Positions 41,301-53,300 of a DNA stretch of 64,000 bases are shown piece after piece; position 1 is the stretch's first letter; each line of letters opens with the position of its first letter. Below the pieces are notes generated by a model. It made no database searches. It saw nothing but the letters and a program-made list of their open reading frames with translations, and was not told the DNA's origin. The position numbers and the translations under genes were made by a program. Origin of the DNA: Lama guanicoe (Eukaryota); assembly GCA_013239625.1 (NCBI GenBank), contig MU053196.1, positions 186,001 through 250,000 on the forward strand. Direction: 5' to 3'.

Positions 41301-44300
41301 TGGCTTTGTAGGTTGAGTTGGAAAGTACTCTAAAGTGTTTTGGAAGAGTTTGTACTGTAGAATTGGTGTTTTTTTGTTTTTGTTTGTTTTCCTGAATGTT
41401 TGATAGGATTGTGTAGAAAATGTTCTTTTTTTCTATAGTACGCTTTGGTATGCTCTGTGTGCTTTACGGACTGTTTCTGTTTCATGGAAGTTGTCTGATT
41501 TACTAGCAGGAGCTTTTCCATAATGTTCCCTTGTTACCCCCTTGATAGCAGTAGAACCAGAGTGAATTTATGTCCTTTCTGGAGCTGGTAACGCATGTCG
41601 TCGTGGTGGTGGATGGCCCTGAGCTCTGATAGTGACCTTGATGTGCTGTGACCTGACTCTGTATGGGATACAAGTTTACAGAGTGACACCAAAAGGCAAA
41701 ACCTAACCGAAAGGAGATCAGTAAAAGCCAGTGAGGCCTGAGTCAAGCCTGACTGGTACTGGCGGTGTTTACCCCTGTTTCAAAGGTGCAAAACCTTTTG
41801 ATAGTTTGTGTTGAACTGTCAGGATTTCTGGTGTTTACCTGTCGCACAGCTTTCTTTAACGCAGTTAGTAGTACAGTCTAGCACGCCCCTCCAGGGTATC
41901 TATGTGGTCGTAATGAAAAACAAATGGTTGATTTGTTTTAATTTTGTGCACCATCCTTTTCCCTTCTCTGCACAGCTTTACCTTTAGTCCAAGTGGACGA
42001 GAAGGGAGAAAAAGTGAGGCCATACCAGAACCGCTGCATAGTCATCCTGCGCGAGGTATCTGAGTCCACCCCCGTAGAGGTAAGTCGCTTCTGCTCCGAA
42101 GGGTATTTGCACTTCTCTGTGGCTTTTCTGCTTACTTCTGTGGGTTTTGGAGGGTGTATTTTAAAGAATGAGTAGGTAAAGTAACACTTTTCCCCAGGAT
42201 TTACACACTCAGAGTGAGAGTGGTTCTCAAGCTTTCTGGTCTTGGGACTTCGAGTACACACTTGACGTTAAAAAAAAAAAACAGTTTATGGTAGCTTCCA
42301 TTTTTAGAAATTAAAAGGAGAAAGGCTTAAATATTTATTCGTTTTAAAATAAGAATAATAAATCCACAAGTTGAGACAAAACATATTTTTATGCTAAATA
42401 ATTTTTTGGAACAAACGCTTTTTTGAGGAGAGGGCCGCCACGGGCGCCAGTGTGCATGTGCTGGTTCGAGCCAATGTGCGGCCTTAGCGCCTTTCTGGGG
42501 CCAATTTGAATGATGATTTTTTTCTCATTATACATCATATCTTTATGTCTCTTTGTGTGCCTGGTAAATTTTGAATGCATGCCGGGCATTTTGGAGTTCA
42601 CTTTATACTGAGTGGTGGTGTTTCCCTGGGCTCTGTGTTGAGGTTTAGTCAGTGGCGGGGGAGCAGAGCAGATGCACCGGACACTTCCCGGCTGAGGCTG
42701 GTGGGAGGGGCAGTCATGCGTCCCAGAGAGCTCAGGGGTTCCCTCTCGTCGGGTGGCTATTTCCTGCGTGCTGGGTCCTGGGGTGCCCCTGAGCTTGCAG
42801 TTTTGGGCTGGCCTGTGCTCACTCTCCTGGCACCATGGCTTGGGAACCCCAGGCCCTCACTGGGCACTCGGGCTCACTTACACCTGTCCCCCAGGGACTG
42901 TGCTCCTGTGTGGCCTCAGAAACCATTCTCTCTTATATTTTGTCTTTGTTTCCTGTGGGGAGGGTATGTTTGGTCCATCTTAGCTGGAACTGAAAGCCCA
43001 GCTAATTTTTAAGTTTCTTAAATTACCTTCCTCCCCTCCTCCCCCAGTTGTGTGGTTATTGGCCTCCTGGTAAGATAAAATGGTATTTTCACGGTAATTG
43101 AGTCAGTGGTACATTGGAGGTCAGTAGGTTGTGAGCTTGTTTCCTGTGGCAGTGGGATCCTCACTCTGGAAGCCACACTGAACGCCTAGCCACTTTGGGA
43201 GGGTTCTAGACATCAGTGTGTTTGGCTTGTCTTCTAAGCATCTGTCCTTCAGAGTGTGTCATTTCTGTTTAGGGAGGACAAATGGTGGCACAGCTGGGAA
43301 TTTAATTAACTTCTGACCTCTTTCCTGTAGGAAGTAGAAGCACTATTTAAAGGAGACAACTTACCAAAGTTCATAAACTGTGAATTTGCCTATAATGATA
43401 ATTGGTTTATTACATTTGAGACAGAGGCAGACGCACAACAGGTGAGCTCGCTGCCCCTCCCCCCACCCCACCCCACCCCACCCCGTGGAGCGCACTAGCC
43501 GTTGGTACACAATGGGACTCTGCGCCTGTGGGCCGCTCTCGTGCCGCGGTGCTGGGTTTGAACATAAGTGCAGAGCAAACCAGAGCAGGTGTGTGTGTGC
43601 AGACAGTTCTGTAGCAACATGGAAAGTGCAGGCATGACTTCCTAAGGACGTGGGAGACTGACAGCGTAGGAAAACTGGTTCTGCTCTTTCATCTGTGCAG
43701 AAAAAGGTTTGAATATTTAGAAAAGTGTTTGGGGGTTTTGAACCTGACCCTGACGTTGCAGGGCAATGTTGCATTGCAACATCCTTAAAAAAAGCGTCAA
43801 GAGGCTCTCTGTGGGAGACAGGGAGTTCAGGGGGTTCCCTTCCCGTAAAGGAAGACTCTTCCTTACGGAGACATGCGCCCATGTAGGGAGTGCCCTGTAT
43901 GTAGTACCAGGTGTTGTCAGCGAGACTGCTGGGGCTCGGCCAGAGAAGCCAGGGTCTGAAAGCTGGGTTTTAACTGGGTGAAGGGAAGAGGGCCTCACAG
44001 GAACAGAGAAATGGGAGGAGGGAGAGCCTGTCTGGAGCAGCACGAGCCCTCCTTCCCACGTGGGGCGGCTCAGAGCCCTCGGGGTCGTGGGGGACGTGCG
44101 GAGAAGGAGGTGGTTCGTAAATAATGACTTGAACACTGTGATCTTCACTCTTTCTTTCCCAGTCTGTGTAATTCCAGGTGCACGTTGGGGTCATTGTTTC
44201 CCCGGGTGAGGATTCTTAGCCTGTGATCTGTGGGATGCTGTTGTAGTTTCTGTTAATGCTTAGAAAGCTGTATACAGATATTGTTCGTGAGAATTTTTGA

Positions 44301-47300
44301 CAGTTCCGTAGCCTCTGTCAGGTTCTTTTGAGGAGTGTGACCCAAAAAGGTCAAAGGGTACTGTTCTTGGTCACGTCCACCGTGTGTTAAGTACACAGCT
44401 CCTTATTCGAGGCACTGAGTTGTCAGTTCGTCTTATTCGTAAGATTAACACGTTGGTATCACGGATGGTTCTTGCCCTCAGGCGTACAAATATCTGCGAG
44501 AAGAAGTCAAAACTTTCCAAGGAAAACCAATTAAGGTAAGCGGGACCTTTGGCTGTACTTTGTGTGCGAATCAGTGTTCCTTAGTATTCTCCCAGAAGCT
44601 TACTGTTTTCACACAGGTGCGGATAAAAGCAAAGGCAATAGCTATAAACACATTTTTGCCAAAGAACGGCTTCCGGCCCCTGAACTTGAGCCTCTACACG
44701 CAGCAGCGCTACACGGCCTCGTTCTACTTGCCTTCGTTCTACTTGCCTCCGGTCTACAGCGCCCAGCAGCACTTCCCTCTCTACAGCCTGGTCGCCCCCC
44801 AGGCCTGGTCAGCCACACACAGCTATCTCAACCCGCCCCTGGTGAGTCCGGCTTCATGTGGGGCTCAGGCGGGGACACCTGCCCCAGCGCAGCAGCCCTC
44901 ATGGTCAGTTTATTGGGAGGCACGGGGGCTGGCTGCACACACTGAATGCATTTTGTGTGATGTGATCCAGCCCTTTGCCCAGGTTGCCTCCCTCCAGTCT
45001 GGCGTTCCCTAAGCTGTGTAGTCCTTCGTACAACGCAGAATGTGACTGCACGTTCCAGGAGAGCTGGGGCACTTGCAAGCATGAGGGGTGCAAGGAGGTG
45101 CATCTGAAAAGGGTTTTGCAGTGGGCTCCCAGCAGTGCAGCCGAGGAGAAGACACTCTAGCGGGCCTCACCCTGCTGCGCCTTTCTCGGAGTGGACGTTC
45201 CTTGCAGAACGTGGAACAGAGGTGACCCAGGTTGCCGCAAGGTGCAGCACTAACCAACTGAAGTCTCTTTGTTCTTAATAAATCTAGGTAACTCCATTTC
45301 CAAATGCTGGATTTATAAATGGGTTCACGTCTCCCACCTTCATACCTGCAGCATTTCCTCTGGCCTCCCTCAGACAGTACCCTCCAGGAAGCAGGTAAGT
45401 AATATGAGGTCACCGCCATACTGTGTGCTTTCAGAGCAGAGCAGAAACATGACACGTGGAAAACCTTGGCAGTCCTCACCACGTGCTCAAGTCCCCCTGA
45501 CACTCGCTGATGATAGATTTGACCAGCGTTAATGTCCATCAGACATGAAACACCCAGAAGTGTGGGATCACGCACTCTGAGAATTAGACCCTCAAATGTG
45601 TGCTGTGGTGCCTGCAGAAAGGACAGGCTCACTGGAGACAAAGGCTTCTGGGGACCTGGACCATAGCCAAGCAGAGCATTGATGTTGTTTTCAGATTGGC
45701 ATTATCAGACATACTATAAGTTAACAATGCTAAATAAAGCTTTTTGTATTTTTTTCTAAATAGAACACTTTTGCCTAGACGTTTGCGTATTAGCATGCTC
45801 ATTTTGTGACTCTGTGACCGTTCTAGAGCTGAGCTGTACAAATGCTTTATTTATAGGAACCCTAGTAATTCTCATCCATGCCATGCCATCCCCAGTGCAG
45901 AGAGAGGGCCTGGGCTCCTGGAAAGTCCTTGCATGTTTACCTTCACTGAGGATCAGCTGATTAATGGTGTCCAGAGCCCGCAGATGAGGCCGGCAGGTCA
46001 GCCTCAAGCACGGGCACAGAACCCTCCAGCCTTCGCCAAGAGAGACGCAGGGCCGGGGCGCGTGGAGCCGGGCAGTCTGGAGCCCTCCCCTGGCTTAGGT
46101 AGAGGAAGGTGAGTGCTTAGTCTTTGCTGGGCAGGCACCTGGTGTTCTATAAACTGTTTGTAGTTTCAGGTTCCATTCATTTAGGTGTGTTCTGCAATCA
46201 TTATTTTCAAATCCATCACAGAAAATCACATTGAAGGCTGTAGCCATCAGAGGTTTTGTGTGATTACTTAGAGGGTAACTTTCAGAGCAGGCACTTGCTG
46301 GTTCCCTCTTTTTGGTGATAGGACACCGTCCTGTGAGGACTGGGGGTGGGCTGAACCGTGTTAGGTCCCAGTCATCCTTTGTGGAGAATTGACCAGCCTC
46401 CGTGTTCTGTGAGCCTGTGGTCGCCCCGCCTCACTCCTCCTGCCACTGCAGAGTCATATGGCAGGCAGGCAGTGAGTTGTGTGGGCGGGCAGACCAGAGT
46501 TTAAATTCATATTGAACTTACTTATAAACAAGAGCTGTTCCGGTTACGTGGTGCCGCTGGCCACATTTAGGGGAGGTCTCGCCTGCCCTTCCATGGCTCT
46601 GGCAGGTCCTGCACAGCCTGCCCCTTGTGCCCTCTCCCCGCTCACTTCCATGGGTGCCACTCCCTGTCTCGCCCTCTGCGGGGGACAAGATGGGAACGGG
46701 GAGGGGTGCAAGGGTTCATCAGTGATGTCTGGCACGGCCTTGACAGGTGGAGGCTGGCTTTATCCATTTCCTTCCCTCAGCGGTTAATTCCAAACGGGCT
46801 GCCAGGAAGGACTTGCCCTCTGACCCAAAGCCACAACCAGCACGTGTTCAACCTGCCTAAGATTTTTTTTTACCCACTTGGAAAACTTTTAAGAACAATT
46901 TCTTCATGTGTTCTGTACAGAGCAGATAGGACCATGTCTGACACACAGAAGCCCCTCCGTCAGGCACCCGGTGTGCACCCAGGGCAGTGTGGATGTCCCG
47001 TTCACCATGGCTGGGTGGAGTTGGCATGGCCGGGGCTGCGTAGCATCAGGAAATTGGACATGAAGTTGGCTGGACAGGCACTGGAGGGCTGAGGGGCAGA
47101 GGGGACACTGAGGAAGTGCAGACGCAGCGACCTCAGGAAGCACCTGCTGCTGGGGGAACGGCATGGGTTGTAAACTGAGGGGCCTGGAGCAGGGCCTGCG
47201 GAGCTGAGGCTAGGCCCTCAGAAAGGTGGTCCTTGGGCGCAGTCAGGGCTGGTTAGAGATGGTGCGGGAAAAGTGCCACCAGGAAGACTCGTTCCCAGGC

Positions 47301-50300
47301 CTCGCCATCGTCCTGGGCATGGAATAGGGCCCGCAGGTGCAGAGCCACTGCCCAGCGTCTCCACGGTGGGGGCAGGCCACGCATCTCAGGTGGTCCTGCC
47401 ACCACTTCCGGCTTCAGACCACAGCAAGATGCGTGTGGTTTGTCCAACTTGTGGAGACCTCCTCCAGTAGGGGGTCGAGCTCCCCCCAAAGAGTGCCCCA
47501 GGACTTCATCCAACACCAGCCAGACATCAGGAAGGGGGAATGGTCAGCTGAGGTGCCCTGGGACGTGAAGCCGGCAGGGAGGGGCTGGTCAGGACGCCCT
47601 CATGGTCCTTGTTTCCAGACCAGGCCTCGGGCTCTTCAGGGCTTTTCAGCTGGAGTGTCGTTCAAACGCAGAGGGCAGGGGGGCTTTGTAGTAGGACTGC
47701 AGCCCAGGCCGAGACATGCTGCTTCTGCCGGGGTCGGGGTGGGGGTCTCATAGTCATGCCCGTCTTCATGACTTTGTGCCCATGCACCACGGGCAGAATG
47801 TTCCTCAGTCCTGTGGCATCCTGTGGGCAGGCATGTAGTCTCCATCTGCTGGGAGCCCCTTGAAAGCTGGGGACTATTTCTGGACTAGTTTCTACAGGAG
47901 GGTGTGGCTTTGGGCCAGAGTCCTGGAGGCCTGCACCGTGCTTCCCCTAGCGGGGCGGCCAGGCTGTCCCTGCTCAGCACAGGGGTCACACTCTGACACC
48001 TTAGGCCATCTTAGGCAAGGCTGCTGGGAGGTTCTCTGAGAAATAAAGGAATTAGTTGAGATTATTTCTAAATTCCCTTATAGTTTATGTAATACAGCCC
48101 TTAGGGAGCCTTTGCTTTCAGTGAAATGACAATCGATAAGTAAATAAAAGTAAAATTATGAACTGGAATTAGTATGTGGCTTGTCAGGCCGTGGAAGCCC
48201 GGGCACCACCCACAGTTTTGGCTGCGGCGTGTGGAACGGCTCTGCTGCCTGCGGGTGTGACTCTGCAACCTGGGAGCCCAGAACGGGGGTGTAAGGATGG
48301 CAGACAGGTGTAGAAAGCACAGGGGCTCCGCGACCTGCGTGGTTGGTTCAGCCAGTGAAGGCTGTTGGCCCAGAGCATGAAGGCCGGGGCAGTGAGCGCC
48401 TGCAGCTGCTTGGCATCTTGGTGATGACCACGCAGATGGGCGTTCATCACCGCTCTTTAATGGTTCGTCTTTGTAGCTCAGGATCAGATCTTACACGTCT
48501 TCTACAACTGAACGGATACTCAAGTATTTGCATGCTAACAGAAGTTCCAAATGGGAAAATCCTTTCAGTGTGTGTTTTACTTACCTTGCTAGACCTCAGG
48601 TTTAGTCCATTACTGTAAAATGTCTGTTTTGCTTACGCTCGTTAGGGTTGGGAATTCAGAATCAGAAGTCATCTGTATAAAGGCTGAATATACGTGCACT
48701 ACCTATGTGCTCAGTGAAATATGTTTCAAGGGGAAAAATTTAACAGTCCTGTGCTTTCCTCTTCCCTAGGAAAAACTCCCTTGGCTTCCAGAAGAAGAGC
48801 GAAGAGAAGTTCACAGTGAGTACATCGTGCCGCGCTCGGGACACTGAGCCTGGTTTACACTGAACAGACTTGAAGTGTAATTCAGTCAATTAAGGCACGA
48901 GAAGGAGCTTTTCAAAAGCCGTTTCCTCATATTACGACGTCTGCCAGATGATAATGGACGGTATTGATGCTCTGAAGAGAAGGCGGTGGTGGCTGGTTTC
49001 CTGAGGAGCCCCCGGTGCCCACGTGTCCTGTGCAGGTCACAGGCGCAGCCAGGGCGCGGTGTGGGCACAGTGGGGTCCGTCCGCAGGTGTCTAGCTGGGT
49101 TCTTTCTGTGTGGTAACCACGTCACCTGCTTTGAAATCCCTGGAGTTACAAGTTTGGGCACGCAGAACAGACCTCCCCCCCGTAGGAATTAGCTCATGAG
49201 TATTTCTGATTCACAGTAGCTTACTCTGTCCCCACTATGTAGGGAGCATAGTTGCCTCCTGCCATAACTCACGGTCGCGACAGACCCAGAAATGAGTGAT
49301 GATTTATGCAGGTGGTGGGTACCTGAGGCGTGGTCATGTCTGCTGGGGGTGGTTGAATGGCCCCTTCCGTGGGGGACACTCTGCAGGGCTCTGGGGTGGG
49401 TGCATGCGTCCCCACATGGCCAGGTGGGGTGCATGAATTTGGACGCTGGTTGTAGAGGGCAGGGAATGACCTTGGGGAGATTCTTGGTCTCACCCCGAGC
49501 CACTGAGCATGTGCCTTCTCCTCACAGAAGGTACCAGGTATTTGCCTGGAGCTTGGAAAGGGCAAATTGGTAGAAAATGAACACCCCTAATTCTATCATA
49601 TTGGTCATTTCAGGCCAGTTTTCGGTGAACCCTTCGGTAAGGCAGTTTTATGTCTGTTCTCGTTGGAACCAATGAATTCCTGTAACATTTGGATGAACAA
49701 GTCTGTGTCTGATGTCTCCTCAGACACTCGTTACCTTTTAGTCACTACATCACCTTCAAAGGTGACATTTTTTTTCCATTGCCATTTCCATTTCATTCTG
49801 TTTTGCATTCCGTTCCCATATTTGGACCTGGCGCCACTTAGAAGCCCAGCACGTGGAGCAGATGTGTGTGTTCAAGAGTGGGCCTCTTGTTGCGCTGGGT
49901 GGTCTGAGGGCCTGAGAAACCAGCGATGGGTCCCAGACTGTGTGAGCGGGAGGCGAGGCCCAGCCCGGCCCGTGGCACCAGGGGCAGCGCTGTGTCTCTC
50001 CTAACGCTGTTGAGACCCTGAAAATGCTACACACATCTCCTTCGTTCCTGGAAATTGAGACTTAGTAAATTTTTTTCAAGTATTTTTTCCTAAAAATGTG
50101 TATTTTCTAAAAAGCTGAGTTCACCTCAGAAACATGCAGATGTTTAAAATAAAGCCTCTAAAAATTGCTCTGAGCTGGTGGGGTCTGAGCACGAGCTTGC
50201 CGAACCTCAGAGTGTGCAGCAGCCTCGTTCCGAGGGCTCGTGCCTGCCTGAGTCGGGCTGCCGCGGGCCCCAGTGGCACTGAGGGGATGCAGGCAGGGGG

Positions 50301-53300
50301 CCCAGAAGACATGGCTTCGTCAGCTTGGGTCCGCTTTCATCCTCACCTGCTCTCCCCTGAGTGCTAACAGAGTCTTCTCCAGATTTTCCTTCTGTGGGGA
50401 TGGTTTTCCTGTTGGTGTAAGTTTCTGGGACAGGTTGGCCCTTTCAGGCTTCGTGGGCCCTGTGAGAGCCGAAGGGGCCCACGGCCCACCGCTCACCGCG
50501 AACGCCCCTGCTCTACTGAATACGAACGCGGTTCCTTGTCTGCTCCTTGTCCCTTTCAGCCAAGGAGCTGGGTGCTTACAGAACAGCATCCAGCAGGATG
50601 ACTAACAGTGTTTCAGTAAAAATACGTCACTGCCTTTCTCCTGAGATCCTGGGCTTATAAATCATGCTCAGATATCACTGTGCTGAGTCACTGTCTTACA
50701 GTCAGGGGACATGATGAGACTCTTAGCAAATACCATGCTTTTACTTACTGATTAAAATACAGGGCATTTCAGTAAGTTAGTTTTCAGATAACTGGAGCCC
50801 CCTCCCTTTTTCTGTTAAACTGTTTCTTTTAAAGGAAATCTCTGTAACATTTCTTACATAAGTTGTAGGGAGCTGAGAGAGTGGCCTCTGTTTTTCTTTT
50901 ACTGTTTCCTTTGTGACTTAGATTGCAGACTCTGCTGTAATAACACGGAACTTGTCAGGAGTGAGGAAGGTGAAGGCTGGACTCGGGCTCTTCTGCATCT
51001 GGCACTTTGCTGTGTCCTCCTGGTCTGTGTCGGCTGCCAGAGGGTCTTGGTGGCTGTACAGATGCGGCTCTTACCCCCATCTCTGACCGTGGCTGCAACA
51101 GCCCTGAGGTTTCATCTTCTCAACTCTGCCCTTGAAGAGCTCTTGCCTAACAGATGAGCTCTTTTCAGGTGACCACGGCTTGGCATGGTTGGACTAGCTG
51201 TCCATTTGGAGGCAGGTGTGGACACCAGGAGACTGGGGACCAAGCGTGGGCCTCCCTCACCTGCTGTGTTTCTCAGCACCTTCCTGCCCGTCCACCCCAG
51301 GCAACTTCATGGTGTTCTTCTCTTTCAGAGGAGTCAGACTCAGTCTCCAACACCACCCAGGCCTCCGTCCCCTAGCTTTGAATTAGGGCTGTCCAGCTTC
51401 CCCCCGCTGCCCGGGGCAGCAGGGCATCTGAAGACAGAGGATTTGTTTGAGAACAGGCTGTCTGGATTGCTCACAGGATCGTCCAAAGAAAGGGTAAGAC
51501 CCAGCTCCCACCCTCTGCTCGCTGACACCTACCCAGCACCTATGTGGGCTCTGTGCTCACCTGCTCGCTTCCACATGCACAGGAGGCTCGTTATGTGCCG
51601 GGCTGTGCTGGGCACTGTGCTGTCAGGGTGAACCGAGGACTTCCGATGCCTGGCCAGTGGGGAGGAGGGCTGCAGCTGGTGGTGCTGGACCACAGAAAAG
51701 GGCCTCGGATGAGATACGTCGACAGCTGCAAGAGGATGGGGGCGGCTGCGGCCTGGCTGTGTTTCCAGCTCTGGTCTGGGCTGAGCACACCCGTCCTCAG
51801 GGCAGGACCACACCTGGGCTTCCAGCACTGTCAGCCACATATTTGTCATTACGTCTGGGGTCTCACAGACGCTTGTCTACCGGTTGTAAACTGTTTTTCC
51901 GATGGTTTTCAGAGCCTAAACGCAGATGCCAGCATGAACACTCTTCCCACGGTAGTCCCCCAAGAGCCCTTGTTGCCGGCCCCCTGTGCCACACCCACCA
52001 CCATCGAGCATGCTCCCTTCCTCCCCCGCCCGCCCAAGTAAGTGCCACCCTGTCCCCATCCCCACGTGTCCCCACTGGGCTGCCCGTGGGCGGGGCACTC
52101 ACAGGCCTGTTGGGTGGCACTTTTGCAGGGATCCCAAGGTGGTGGAGAAGCAGAGGGACACCACAAATGTGTTCAGACTTCCTCCTGTCCTGAGTACAAC
52201 CGCCAGCAAATCTGTGCAGGTGAACGGCGCCACCACGGTAGGTGCCCCGCTGGGCGCTGTGCTCTGTCCAGGGTGCCCTGCGGGGTGCTGGCACTCGTGA
52301 CTGCCCGCTCTGCTCATTTCTCCTGCCACGGCCAAGGGTCTCCCGGCCTTGGGCTCCTGAGCGGGGCTGCCTTCCTGAGTGGCCTGGGGCTTGCAGCTCC
52401 AGGCTCCGCGGGGCTTCTGGCCACCTGAGCATGTTGGGACCAGGGCCACTGGCCCAGCCCCGCCCCAGGCCGCTGGCCCCTCCTCTTGTCTCCTCCCCTG
52501 GGTGCTGGTCCCGACTCCTTTCTGTCTGATCTGTGTTGTCCTCAGCTTGATGCCGGGTGGGCTTTAATCACCTGGATTTGGAAGTTAAGCGCTTCTTGTC
52601 CACTAGGTTTTCTCATAAGTTACAGTTATTTTTAAGTTAATAAGCAGTTGATGGAGGTGACGTAGCTTTAAATGTTCTCTTCTGTCTTAACCTTCATCCT
52701 CCACTTACCTGCAAGCCCCGCTCACTTTTTAAACCTTTTTAGCTCTTGCCCGAGCCCCAGCCCGTGGTCGTTGCCAGATGCCCTGGAGCCGTGTTGCAGT
52801 TCACCTGCCTTGCATCCCTGAGGCTCGCACTGGGCTGCACAGGGTGTCTGGCGTGGAAGCACGTGCTGCCTCTGTGTTTCTCTAGGCGTCTGGTGTCTTC
52901 GCCTCCTTTCTGGCTGGAATGTGGCTCAGAAACGCCAGAAGGCCAGAGGCTGGAAGGAGTTTAGTTGGCACTTTGTATCCCCACACCTTTTCCAGTTTTA
53001 CCTGTTTTTACCACGTGTTTCTAGAGTATCTTGGAAGGAAAGATGGGCTGCAGTGGAAACTCATTGTTGAAATGTGGAAACTTTTTATTTAAAAGTAACA
53101 GTACTTTAGAGTGTGGAGATTTAGTTACAGTTGAATCTCTTTGAACTTTACGTCAAGTGACCTTGACCTTCGCATGCTGTCCTGTAACCCCAGAGCTGTG
53201 TCTGCTTCCCAGGAACTGCGAAAACCCAGCTACGCAGAGATCTGTCAGAGGACGAGTAGGGAGCCGCCGCCGCCCCCACTGCAGCCCCCAAAAGAGCAGA

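Noticed and set aside
45009..45641. 210-aa minus-strand ORF
   Set aside because: Antisense to LARP4B exon 7 and flanking introns; no domain recognised.
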